The position numbers were made by a program, and so were the translations under genes. This document shows positions 9,428 through 17,947 of a stretch of DNA of 64,000 nucleotides, piece after piece; positions within the stretch are counted from its first letter, which is position 1; the number at the start of each line of letters is the position of its first letter. The DNA is taken from the NCBI GenBank assembly GCA_963674705.1, contig OY771506.1, positions 3,296,001 to 3,360,000 on the forward strand, written 5' to 3'. The notes under the pieces were generated by a model. That model worked only from the letters and a program-made list of their open reading frames with translations. It did not search any database and had not been told where the DNA came from. This DNA comes from Phycisphaeraceae bacterium (GTDB lineage Bacteria > Planctomycetota > Phycisphaerae > Phycisphaerales > Phycisphaeraceae).

Positions 9428-10328
9428 GCAACTGGCCGAGGGAGTGTTGATGAAACATAAAAGCAGCGTGGCCGTGTTCCTGTTGGCGTGGCTCGGGTTA
9501 CCGAGTCTTGCCCTTGCGCAGGAGCAGGCGCAAACAGTGAGTTTATTTCGGATGTTCCTTTTGCCGGACGACCCGGTGGGGGTGCTGATTACGTGGATGC
9601 TTGTGATGCTGTCAGCGCTGAGTATCGGATACACGGGCAGCCTGGTGCTGCGGTATCAGCGTAAGAAGCTGTTGCCGGAGGAGACGCACAAGCAGGTCGT
9701 GCGGATGCTGGACGGTCGGCGGTTCCGCGAAGCGATCGACTTCGTCGCCAAGGATACGAGCTACCTCGGCAAGGTGATCCACGCGGCGCTGAAGGAAGCG
9801 GGCCACGGCTTCGGCGCAATGGAGCGCGGCATCGAAGAGGCGGGCGACAGCGAGACGACCAAGGCGCTGCGGCCGATCGAATACCTCAACGTGCTGGGCA
9901 ACATCGCCCCGATGATCGGGCTGTTCGGCACGGTGTACGGCATGATCCGTGCGTTCGATCAGTTGCAGGCAAGCGGCGGCAAGCCCGACCCGGCGCAACT
10001 GGCCGGCGGCATCTCGACCGCGATGATCACCACGTTCTGGGGCCTGATCGTCGCGATCCCGGCGCTGGCGAGTTACGCGCTGATCCGCAACAAGATCGAC
10101 GCACTGACCAGCGAAGGGATGTTGATCGCCGAACAGATCATCGCCCCCTTCAAACCCGTCCCCGCACAGGCCCGACAGCAACAACAGCAAGCCAACCAAC
10201 AGCAACAAGCAAATAACCAACAAGCACAACCAAACGATCAACAACAATCCCAGCCACCAACCACGAACCACCAACCGCCCACAACAGATTCCGGCTCCGA
10301 GCCTTCGGCCTCGGACCCTAAACCCTAA
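9414..10328 (+). CDS. MotA/TolQ/ExbB proton-channel family protein with a Q/N/P/T-rich tail
   Basis: LNVLGNIAPMIGLFGTVYGMIRAF...LAGGISTAMITTFWGLIVAIPA. Confidence 0.92.
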   Translation: MMKNKQLAEGVLMKHKSSVAVFLLAWLGLPSLALAQEQAQTVSLFRMFLLPDDPVGVLITWMLVMLSALSIGYTGSLVLRYQRKKLLPEETHKQVVRMLDGRRFREAIDFVAKDTSYLGKVIHAALKEAGHGFGAMERGIEEAGDSETTKALRPIEYLNVLGNIAPMIGLFGTVYGMIRAFDQLQASGGKPDPAQLAGGISTAMITTFWGLIVAIPALASYALIRNKIDALTSEGMLIAEQIIAPFKPVPAQARQQQQQANQQQQANNQQAQPNDQQQSQPPTTNHQPPTTDSGSEPSASDPKP

Positions 10329-10347
10329 ACCCAACACCCTAAACCCT
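10315..10347 (+). repeat. (CCCTAAA)n heptamer repeat spanning the stop codon of the ExbB-family gene
   Basis: ccctaaa ccctaaa cccaaca ccctaaa ccct, directly before the next ATG. Confidence 0.75.
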
Positions 10348-10352
10348 ATTCC

Positions 10353-10862
10353 ATGTCCTCCACCATCTTCCAGCGCGGCCCGACGAAGCCTCAGATGAAT
10401 ATCACGCCGTTGATCGACGTGGTGTTCCTGCTGATTATCTTTTTCATGCTCGTGAACAACATCATCACCGAGCAGAGTGTCGAGATGATCGTGCCGCAAC
10501 TGGATGAGCCGACGACGCGCGAGATGGACGAAGCGGGTCGGTTGATCGTGAATATCGCGCCTGCTGAGTATGCATATAAGGAACGCAAGGACGATCCGCT
10601 GATGTTCGACGGCGAGGCGCGATTCATCCGCGTGGGTTTGCAGACGTTTGCGGCGGATGACCTGGAGGGGGTGACCGCGGCGCTGACGCAGGCGAAGAAT
10701 GACAACCCTGATATCCAAGTGGTTTTACGCAGCGATGGTGCGTTGTATTACGGCGTGGTTCAGCCCGTGATGGGTGCGATCACGCGTGCGGGGATCGATA
10801 AGGTGAACCTGGTTGCGTACATGCCCGAGCGCGGCGTAGCGGTCGAGCAAGCCCCACAGTGA
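10353..10862 (+). CDS. ExbD/TolR family protein
   Basis: MNITPLIDVVFLLIIFFML; VVLRSD...YG.V..VM..I..AGI.KVNL. Confidence 0.92.
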   Translation: MSSTIFQRGPTKPQMNITPLIDVVFLLIIFFMLVNNIITEQSVEMIVPQLDEPTTREMDEAGRLIVNIAPAEYAYKERKDDPLMFDGEARFIRVGLQTFAADDLEGVTAALTQAKNDNPDIQVVLRSDGALYYGVVQPVMGAITRAGIDKVNLVAYMPERGVAVEQAPQ

Positions 10863-10869
10863 TGACGAC

Positions 10870-11424
10870 GTGAGTACAGAGAACACGCCACAATCTGATG
10901 CGACGCGGAACGATCGGCCCAACGGTAACGGTCAGACGATCCATCATCGTGCATCGAGCAAGCGGCACGGCCGACCTGTTTCGAACATGCAGCCGAACCT
11001 GTCGTCGATGATCGATGTGATCTTTCTGCTGCTGATTTACTTCGTATCGACGGTGAACTTTACACCTGACGAGGGCGTGCTGACCGCGAAGCTGCCACAG
11101 GGGTCGGGCCAGCCGACGACGACGGACCTTGCGCCGCCGCAGCGGCCGTTGAACATCCTGTTGCTTGCCGCGGGTGAGACGGATTGCCGTATACGGATCG
11201 AAGGCTATCCGCAGGCGCCGACAAACTTCACGGAACTGGCGGCGTTTTTAGTGCAGTTGCAATACGACCCGGCACAGGGGCTGAACAGCGGTGCGTTTAA
11301 GCCGGACAATCCCGTGGTGATCCGTCCCGATGCGGGCGTGCGCTGGCAGCATGTGGCCAATGCGTTCAACGCCGCGGTGCGGGCGCGGTACACGAATATC
11401 AACTTCGCACAGGTCAGGCAGTGA
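10870..11424 (+). CDS. second ExbD/TolR family protein
   Basis: NLSSMIDVIFLLLIYFV; PVVIRPD..VRWQHV..AFNA...A..TNINFA. Confidence 0.9.
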   Translation: MSTENTPQSDATRNDRPNGNGQTIHHRASSKRHGRPVSNMQPNLSSMIDVIFLLLIYFVSTVNFTPDEGVLTAKLPQGSGQPTTTDLAPPQRPLNILLLAAGETDCRIRIEGYPQAPTNFTELAAFLVQLQYDPAQGLNSGAFKPDNPVVIRPDAGVRWQHVANAFNAAVRARYTNINFAQVRQ

Positions 11425-11480
11425 TGATGAGGATGAATCTAAAACTGGTGAACCGCGAAGGCGCGAAGAGCGCGAAGAAG

Positions 11481-14330
11481 ATGAAGAAGCGTTTGAACAT
11501 CAAGGCGCTGCTGGCGGTTTCGTGTTTGAGTTTTGTCGTTGGTTTGCCATGTATTGCGGCGGATGAGGAATCGGACCTTGATAAGGGGATGCTCATTGAT
11601 TCGCTTGCCCAGGAAGGGATGAGCGAACTGCTTCTGCACCTGGTCGACACGGAGAAGGCCGACGATCCGGTATTGAATAAGCAGGTCGAGATCGCGGGGT
11701 TGCGGATCGATTATCAGCGGCTGCTGGTTGAATCCGGCCAATTGGCGCGGACGAACCCGGTGCGTGCAGAAGAAGTACGCGACCAGGCGACACGCGCGTA
11801 TCACCGCATGGTCGAGGCGATGCGAGAGCTGATCAGGACGTATTACGATCACGATCAGCGCCCCATCTGGCAGACGGATCTTGCGCAGAGTCTGATCCTG
11901 GATGATCTCTACAGCCTGAACCAGTCGGCGCCGTTGTTTGCGGACTTCGGGGTGACGACGCGCGAGCAGCGGGAAGCACTAGCGCGAGCAGCGCCGGAAG
12001 CGCTGGAGCTTTTGGTTGATGCGCAGTTACGTTTATTTAATCTGCGAGGTGAGGTGGGACGCGACCCGCAGCGGTCACAGCAGTTGCAATCAAGCGGGCT
12101 ATTCTTCCGCTTGTTTGATGAATACGATCAGCGTCGCACGCCTTACTTCCTGGCGAACGCGGCGTACCTGGTTGCGCAATTGCCCAGTGATTCGCCTTAC
12201 TACACCGATCCTGACGCGACTTCGATCCCCCATCGTGAAACGGATACGGATGAGGAAAAGGAGCGTCTGCTGACGCTTGCTGACAGTGAATTGAAAAAGG
12301 TCACGGCCAAGCTGACCAACTCCCTGAATATCCGCGACGCATCGACGGTCTTGCAGGGGCGGGTGTATCTGGCGCGAGGTCGATACGCCGATGCGCTGGG
12401 AGCGGTAGAGGAAATCGCGCAGAGCAGTCAGCGTAATCTGCACTGGCTGACCGCGCGGTTGATCCAGGCGGCGACGACGCAGCGGCAGGGCAAGCCGGAC
12501 CAGGCGCTATTGATGCTCGATGAGTTGATGAAAGAGCCTGCGGTCGTTGCGGACTTGCGTTACAGCCTGCTGGTGACGGACCTGACGCATCGCGTGCTGC
12601 GTGATGAAGCGGACCTGCTGCCGCCGACGCATCGCGACGAGGCGATCACGCGAAGCTATCAGCCTTACCTTGACCTGCTTTCCGGGCCGTTGACGGGCAC
12701 GCAATCGCAGGGGCTGCGCGACTTTATTTATCGCCGATGGGAAGCGTCGATCGCAGAAGATGAGCACATGTCGGATACGCTGCCCGCGATCGTGCGGCTG
12801 GCGATCAGCCAGGTGATTCGCCAGCAGGCGCAGGCGACGATCGATCGGCTTGAAAGCGGGGATATAGAGCCCGGCACGGACACGGTCGCGCTGCGCAGCG
12901 AAGCGAGGGCGAAGTTTAATGAAGCGATACGGCTGGCGAAGTCGCTAATCGGTGAAGATGTGCCATCGGAGATCCGTTCCGAGGCGATGTTCAACCTTGC
13001 GCTGGCGATGCACGGCAAGGACCCGAACAATACGTCCAATCGTCTGGACCTGACGGCAATACTTACCGACCTGGCGGACGACATGCCCAGCGAGCCTGTG
13101 GCTGAAGATGCGATCAGCGGGGCGGTGGGGCTGTTGCGCGAGCTGCACCAGGTTATCCCGACGCCGCCCGGTGTGGAGAAGGCCTACGAGCGTGCGGTGC
13201 AGGTGCTGTTTAGCAAGTTCCCCACCAGCGAAGCGGCGGACAACGAACGGCTGTACTACGGCTACGCGGTGCTAGCGCAATCAGGCCGGTACCGTGAAGC
13301 GGTCGACATGTACAAGCGTGTCCCGTTCGATCACGACGATTATTACCCCGCGCAGCGCCAGGCGATGCTGAGTCTGCTGGCATATGAACGCGAAGCCGAT
13401 GCGACCGCGAAGCCGCGCATCTTGCGGGAGCTTGATGCACTGATGTCGCGTGTCCAGGCCGAAGCGGCGCGCGACCGCGAGAGCAGAGTCAATCCGGATC
13501 GTGCGATGACCGCCCGTCGGGCAGAAGCGACCGTGAGGCTGGTGCATGCGGATTTAGCGATGGATAGCGGGGATTACAACAAGGCGATCGAGCAATTGGA
13601 CGGGTTTGAAGCGGATTATCCTGATCAGCCCGACCTGATCGCCGAGTCGCTAGAACATCGTGTGATCGCTCTGGGTGATTCGGGCCGACATGAAGACCTT
13701 GCCAAGGCAGCCCAGTTGATGGTGCAGGACTTCCCGGACCAGGCAGCGCCGGTGATCGACCAGGTCTTGACCAAGGTTGAAAAGCGTATCGAACGATTGC
13801 AGATCGAATCCGCGGAAGCAAGCGCGACCAAGCAAGCGGCGCTCAAGAAGCAGGCGGATGAACAGGCGAAGGCCGCGGCGGTGCTTTCGCGTTACTTGCT
13901 TGAATGGGCAGGGAAACAGGACTACGACACCGAGACGATGATGCCCTTTGAGGTTATCCGCGCCAAGACGCTTAGGCTGTCCGGCAAGGCAGACGAAGCG
14001 TATCCGATCCTCGCACGCTTGATCCAGGCATTTCCCAACGATGCGGAAGTCATGCTGCAATACGCGGAGGTGCTGTACGCCAAGGGCGATGATGATTCAC
14101 TCGTCGAATCGGTGCGCTACTACGATCGGCTGATCACCGGGCTGGGCGCACCATACCCGGAAGAATGGTGGATCGCCTGGATGCGCCGCTTGCAGATCAA
14201 CGACAGACTCGGCGAAGGCACGGAAGAGATCCCGCTGCGCGTCCGGCAACTGCGCATGACCAACCCCGATCTGGGCGGGCCGATTACGAAGATGGAGTTG
14301 GAGAGATTGGAGAGGAAGTATGGGAGGTAA
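11481..14330 (+). CDS. large secreted all-helical TPR-like protein
   Basis: The ORF opens at 11421, but MKKRLNIKALLAVSCLSFVVGLPCIA at 11481 gives a clean signal peptide; many TPR-like helical pairs. Confidence 0.75.
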   Translation: MKKRLNIKALLAVSCLSFVVGLPCIAADEESDLDKGMLIDSLAQEGMSELLLHLVDTEKADDPVLNKQVEIAGLRIDYQRLLVESGQLARTNPVRAEEVRDQATRAYHRMVEAMRELIRTYYDHDQRPIWQTDLAQSLILDDLYSLNQSAPLFADFGVTTREQREALARAAPEALELLVDAQLRLFNLRGEVGRDPQRSQQLQSSGLFFRLFDEYDQRRTPYFLANAAYLVAQLPSDSPYYTDPDATSIPHRETDTDEEKERLLTLADSELKKVTAKLTNSLNIRDASTVLQGRVYLARGRYADALGAVEEIAQSSQRNLHWLTARLIQAATTQRQGKPDQALLMLDELMKEPAVVADLRYSLLVTDLTHRVLRDEADLLPPTHRDEAITRSYQPYLDLLSGPLTGTQSQGLRDFIYRRWEASIAEDEHMSDTLPAIVRLAISQVIRQQAQATIDRLESGDIEPGTDTVALRSEARAKFNEAIRLAKSLIGEDVPSEIRSEAMFNLALAMHGKDPNNTSNRLDLTAILTDLADDMPSEPVAEDAISGAVGLLRELHQVIPTPPGVEKAYERAVQVLFSKFPTSEAADNERLYYGYAVLAQSGRYREAVDMYKRVPFDHDDYYPAQRQAMLSLLAYEREADATAKPRILRELDALMSRVQAEAARDRESRVNPDRAMTARRAEATVRLVHADLAMDSGDYNKAIEQLDGFEADYPDQPDLIAESLEHRVIALGDSGRHEDLAKAAQLMVQDFPDQAAPVIDQVLTKVEKRIERLQIESAEASATKQAALKKQADEQAKAAAVLSRYLLEWAGKQDYDTETMMPFEVIRAKTLRLSGKADEAYPILARLIQAFPNDAEVMLQYAEVLYAKGDDDSLVESVRYYDRLITGLGAPYPEEWWIAWMRRLQINDRLGEGTEEIPLRVRQLRMTNPDLGGPITKMELERLERKYGR

Positions 14331-14331
14331 G

Positions 14332-14530
14332 TGGGGGTTGGGGATTAGGGATTAGGGGAGAGGGCAGGAAATACGAACCTTCCATACCCGATACCCGAGA
14401 AGATACCCGGCCCTTCGCTTCGCTCAGAACCAGCGTTGAGGGGGAGAAAAGCCATTAGCCTTTAGCGATTAGCCATTAGCAATACAATATCTACACCCTA
14501 TACCCCACACCCCACACCCGAACTCCTAAT
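14332..14530. repeat. composite repeat element: GGGATTA arm, GATACCC arm, 40-bp CTTCGCTTCGCTCAG core, CCATTAG heptamers, C-rich heptamers
   Basis: Core 14401-14440 matches the reverse complement of 40756-40795 with one mismatch. Confidence 0.8.
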
Positions 14531-14551
14531 CACGCCTGACGTACTACCAAC

Positions 14552-15100
14552 ATGATGAATGATTCACAAGCAACAACCGACAGACCGCTCCTCTATGAAG
14601 GCGTGCGTTTCAAGATTCATGGTGTGGAGGTCGCGAAGCACAGCGGTGGGACGAAGCGGCGCGAGATCGTTGTGCCGGCCAATGCGGTGGTGATTTTGCC
14701 GATGCTGGATGAGAAGACGGTTGTGCTGATCCGCAACGAGCGTTTCGCGGTAGGCCAGACGCTGTGGGAATTGCCGGCCGGGACGCTGGAGGCGGGGGAG
14801 GACCCGGCGTTGTGTGCGGGGCGTGAACTGATCGAGGAGACCGGCTACGCCGCGGCGGAATTGATCCGTCTGATCGAGTTTTTCCCCACGCCCGGCTTCT
14901 GCACCGAGTTGCTGACCGCGTTTTTAGCCCGTGATTTGTCATTTGAGGGCCAAAACCTCGACGAAACTGAAAGGATCACAACTGAAGCGGTCCCCCTGGA
15001 TCGGTCGATCCAGATGATACGGGACAACACCATCCGCGATGCGAAAACGATCGCGACTTTGTTGTATTATCAGACGTTCTTGAGGATGAAACCGCAATGA
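14552..15100 (+). CDS. NUDIX hydrolase (ADP-ribose pyrophosphatase-like)
   Basis: Nudix box ELPAGTLEAGEDPALCAGRELIEETGY; C-terminal I.DAKTI. Confidence 0.9.
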   Translation: MMNDSQATTDRPLLYEGVRFKIHGVEVAKHSGGTKRREIVVPANAVVILPMLDEKTVVLIRNERFAVGQTLWELPAGTLEAGEDPALCAGRELIEETGYAAAELIRLIEFFPTPGFCTELLTAFLARDLSFEGQNLDETERITTEAVPLDRSIQMIRDNTIRDAKTIATLLYYQTFLRMKPQ

Positions 15101-16002
15101 GCTGGCAAGACCGAGCGTACAACAAGGAAGAGGCCGGATTCGGCGGCTATGACGGCGGGCGCAGCGGTATGCGTTTCGGCGGAGGGATGGGCGGCTATTC
15201 GATGGTGATGTGGCTGCTGATCATCAACTGTGTTGTATTCTTGTGGGACATGATCTTCGGCGGGAGCCTGCGTGGCAGCGCGTTAGCGATCGGGCCATAC
15301 GGTTACTTCAGTGTTGAAAAAGCGATCTTTGGCGGGCAGGTCTGGCGTTTTTTCACGTACCAGTTTCTGCATGCCGGCTTCTTCCACATTTTCTTCAACA
15401 TGCTCATCCTGTACATATTCGGCCCACGGATTGAGCAATGGTGGGGCAGTAAGCGGTTCCTTGCCTTCTATTTATTCTGTGGTGTGAGCGGCGCCCTGGT
15501 GGCGTCTGTGCTGGGCGCGATCCCCGGGATGCACATTTTCCCAACTCAAGCCAGGCTGGTTGGCGCATCGGGTTCGATCTTTGGATTGCTGATCGCATCG
15601 GCGATGTTATTCCCGAACATGCGTGTGATGTTGATGATCCCACCAATCCCCATGACCATGCGGACGATGGCGCTGGTGTTCTTGGGCATCGCCGTGTTGA
15701 GTGTTCTGGCTGGTTCCGGCAATGCCGGCGGCGAAGCGGCGCACCTCGGCGGTGCACTGCTTGGTTTCGTCCTGGTCAAGTTGCCGCGCACGCTGGACTG
15801 GGCGGACCGCATGTCGCCATCGGCGATACAGAACGGCATCAACAACGGCCGATACGAACGCAAGCGCAAGCAGGAACTGGCCAACCGGGCGGAGGTCGAC
15901 CGCATCCTCGACAAGGTCCGGGAGAAGGGGCTTGCCAGCCTGACGCGCAAGGAAAAGAAGATCCTCAGCGAGGAAACCGAGCGCCAGAAACGGGCGGGGT
16001 GA
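15097..16002 (+). CDS. rhomboid-family intramembrane serine protease with a C-terminal helical tail
   Basis: WRFFTYQFLH..FFHIFFNM; VGASG; AHLGG; tail EVDRILDKV...G..SLT..EK..L. Confidence 0.92.
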   Translation: MSWQDRAYNKEEAGFGGYDGGRSGMRFGGGMGGYSMVMWLLIINCVVFLWDMIFGGSLRGSALAIGPYGYFSVEKAIFGGQVWRFFTYQFLHAGFFHIFFNMLILYIFGPRIEQWWGSKRFLAFYLFCGVSGALVASVLGAIPGMHIFPTQARLVGASGSIFGLLIASAMLFPNMRVMLMIPPIPMTMRTMALVFLGIAVLSVLAGSGNAGGEAAHLGGALLGFVLVKLPRTLDWADRMSPSAIQNGINNGRYERKRKQELANRAEVDRILDKVREKGLASLTRKEKKILSEETERQKRAG

Positions 16003-16101
16003 AAATTGCTGATCTGTCATTTTTAATCGCTAATGTGGGTTAGATTCACCTGCAAGTTGCGACTTCCACATTAACGATCAGCAATCAGCGATTAGCGATT
16101 T
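16003..16101. repeat. imperfect heptamer-built inverted repeat (AATCGCT/AGCGATT family)
   Basis: Left arm aaattgctgat...taatcgctaatg; right arm cattaacgatcagcaatcagcgattagcgattt. Confidence 0.65.
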
Positions 16102-16120
16102 ATCCTACAATACCCCGCTT

Positions 16121-17365
16121 ATGCCCGCTTTAACCTACGAACAGAAAAAACAGGACAGTGAGTCCAACGCACGCCTGGGCGTGGTGAACACGCCGCATGG
16201 CTCGTTTGATACGCCGGCGTTCATGCCGGTCGGGACGCTAGCTTCTGTTAAAGGATTGCAGCCCGATCAGGTCGCATCGCTGAACGCGCAGATCATTCTT
16301 TCCAACACATACCATCTCATGCTTCGGCCGGGCTCCGACCTGGTCCAGCGCATGGGTGGGCTGCACAAGTGGATGCGCTGGAACAAGCCGATCCTTACCG
16401 ACTCCGGCGGTTTCCAGGTCTTCAGCCTGACCGACATCAACAAGATCAACGAAGACGGCGTCACCTTCCGCAGTCATATTGATGGCCGAAAGATCGAACT
16501 GACGCCCGAACGTTCGATGCAGGTGCAGAACGAGCTTGGGGCGGACATTATTATGGCGTTTGATGACTGTCCTCCGGGGGAAGATGTCGGGGCTCGGGTA
16601 TCGGGTATCGGGGATCGGGAAGAAGACAATTCCGAAACTCCGGCCGACACCCGAAACCCGAAACCCGATACCCGAACCACCACGGCTCGTCATCAAGTAC
16701 CACAGGCCGAATACGCCGACCGCATCAAACTCGCCAATGAACGCACTGTCCGCTGGCTGGAGCGTTGTGTGAAAGCGCATGGCCGGAAGAACGATCAGGC
16801 TCTGTTTGGGATCGTGCAGGGGGGGACGGACCTGGAGGCTCGGAACTGGTGTGCTGAGCACGTGACCCAGCACGATCTGCCGGGCTATGCGATCGGCGGG
16901 GTCGCGGTGGGGGAGGGATTCGACCAGATCAAGCGTGTGGTCGAGCATACAGCCCCCTTGCTGCCGACCGATCGGCCGCGGTACCTGATGGGGGTGGGGT
17001 ATGAACGGGATATATTGATGGCGGTCCGGGCGGGGGTGGATATGTTCGATTGTGTGCTGCCGACGCGGAACGGGCGAAACGCCTGTGCATTTACGCCAAA
17101 CGGTCAGATTCGGCTGAAAAACGCCCGGTTTGCCGAGGATCAGCAGGTGATTGACGGCGAGTGTGACTGCCCGGCCTGTGGCGGGGGGTTCAGCCGAAGC
17201 TATTTAAGGCACCTGTTCGTGGCCGGGGAGATGCTGGGGCCGATCCTGGTCAGTGCCCACAACATCCGGCACTTCCAGCGGTACCTATTGGACATACGCC
17301 GGGCTATCGCTCAAAATGACTGGTCTTTGATCCGCCGACGCTGGCCCGTTGCCGATAAGCGTTGA
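16121..17365 (+). CDS. tgt: tRNA-guanine transglycosylase with a ~40-aa insertion
   Basis: TPAFMPVGT, NTYHL, LTDSGGFQVFSL, LFGIVQGG, PRYLMGVG, DMFDCVLPTRNGRN, Zn motif CDCPAC...HN. Confidence 0.97.
   Translation: MPALTYEQKKQDSESNARLGVVNTPHGSFDTPAFMPVGTLASVKGLQPDQVASLNAQIILSNTYHLMLRPGSDLVQRMGGLHKWMRWNKPILTDSGGFQVFSLTDINKINEDGVTFRSHIDGRKIELTPERSMQVQNELGADIIMAFDDCPPGEDVGARVSGIGDREEDNSETPADTRNPKPDTRTTTARHQVPQAEYADRIKLANERTVRWLERCVKAHGRKNDQALFGIVQGGTDLEARNWCAEHVTQHDLPGYAIGGVAVGEGFDQIKRVVEHTAPLLPTDRPRYLMGVGYERDILMAVRAGVDMFDCVLPTRNGRNACAFTPNGQIRLKNARFAEDQQVIDGECDCPACGGGFSRSYLRHLFVAGEMLGPILVSAHNIRHFQRYLLDIRRAIAQNDWSLIRRRWPVADKR
16587..16676. repeat. heptamer inverted-repeat element inserted in frame inside tgt
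   Basis: (TCGGGTA)-like x5 left arm and (GAAACCC/GATACCC) x4 right arm. Confidence 0.85.
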
Positions 17366-17407
17366 TGATGGCAGAAATTGCATGCGATTGACTAGAGAGG
17401 ATGCACT

Positions 17408-17869
17408 TTGCAGATGACTTTTGATAACTTCACACTCGTCCTGGCCCAGCAAGGCGAAAGCGCCGCCCCCGGTGCGCCTGACAATACTTCGCAGACCGGA
17501 AATGTCGAAACCACCGGCGCCAATGGCGGCCAAATCCCGCAGGACCCGAACGCGGCCGGCGGCGCTAACGGCACGGGGGGGGGTGGAGGCAATCAGGGCT
17601 TAGGCAACATGTGGCTATGGATGCTGCCCTTGCTGTTGGTTTTCTTCATGCTCTCGATGGGCGGCCGAAAAGAAAAGAAGAAGCACGCCCAGATGATGGC
17701 GTCACTTGCCAAGGGTGACCGCATCCGCACCAGCGGCGGCATACTCGGCACCGTGCTGGAAGTCCGCGATGATGAAGTCGTCGTCAAGGTCGATGAGAGC
17801 AACAATACCAAGATGCGATTCGCCCGCGCATCGATCGCAGCCATCCTCGAATCCAAGAACGCGGAATAA
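17408..17869 (+). CDS. yajC: preprotein translocase subunit YajC with a Gly-rich N-terminal extension
   Basis: Single TM, then LAKGDRIRTSGGILGTV; lies between tgt and secD. Confidence 0.92.
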   Translation: MQMTFDNFTLVLAQQGESAAPGAPDNTSQTGNVETTGANGGQIPQDPNAAGGANGTGGGGGNQGLGNMWLWMLPLLLVFFMLSMGGRKEKKKHAQMMASLAKGDRIRTSGGILGTVLEVRDDEVVVKVDESNNTKMRFARASIAAILESKNAE

Positions 17870-17947
17870 AAACCCTACCGATCTTCCGGCAATCTCCCTA
17901 CGAATAACGTCTGACTAGCCCCTAGTCCCCAGACCGCAGACCCTACA

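Noticed and set aside
10315..10347. CCCTAAA and TTAGGG-containing tracts (also 40800-40830) as telomeric or eukaryotic contamination
   Set aside because: Short, embedded in bacterial operons, and part of a wider family of 7-mer repeats.
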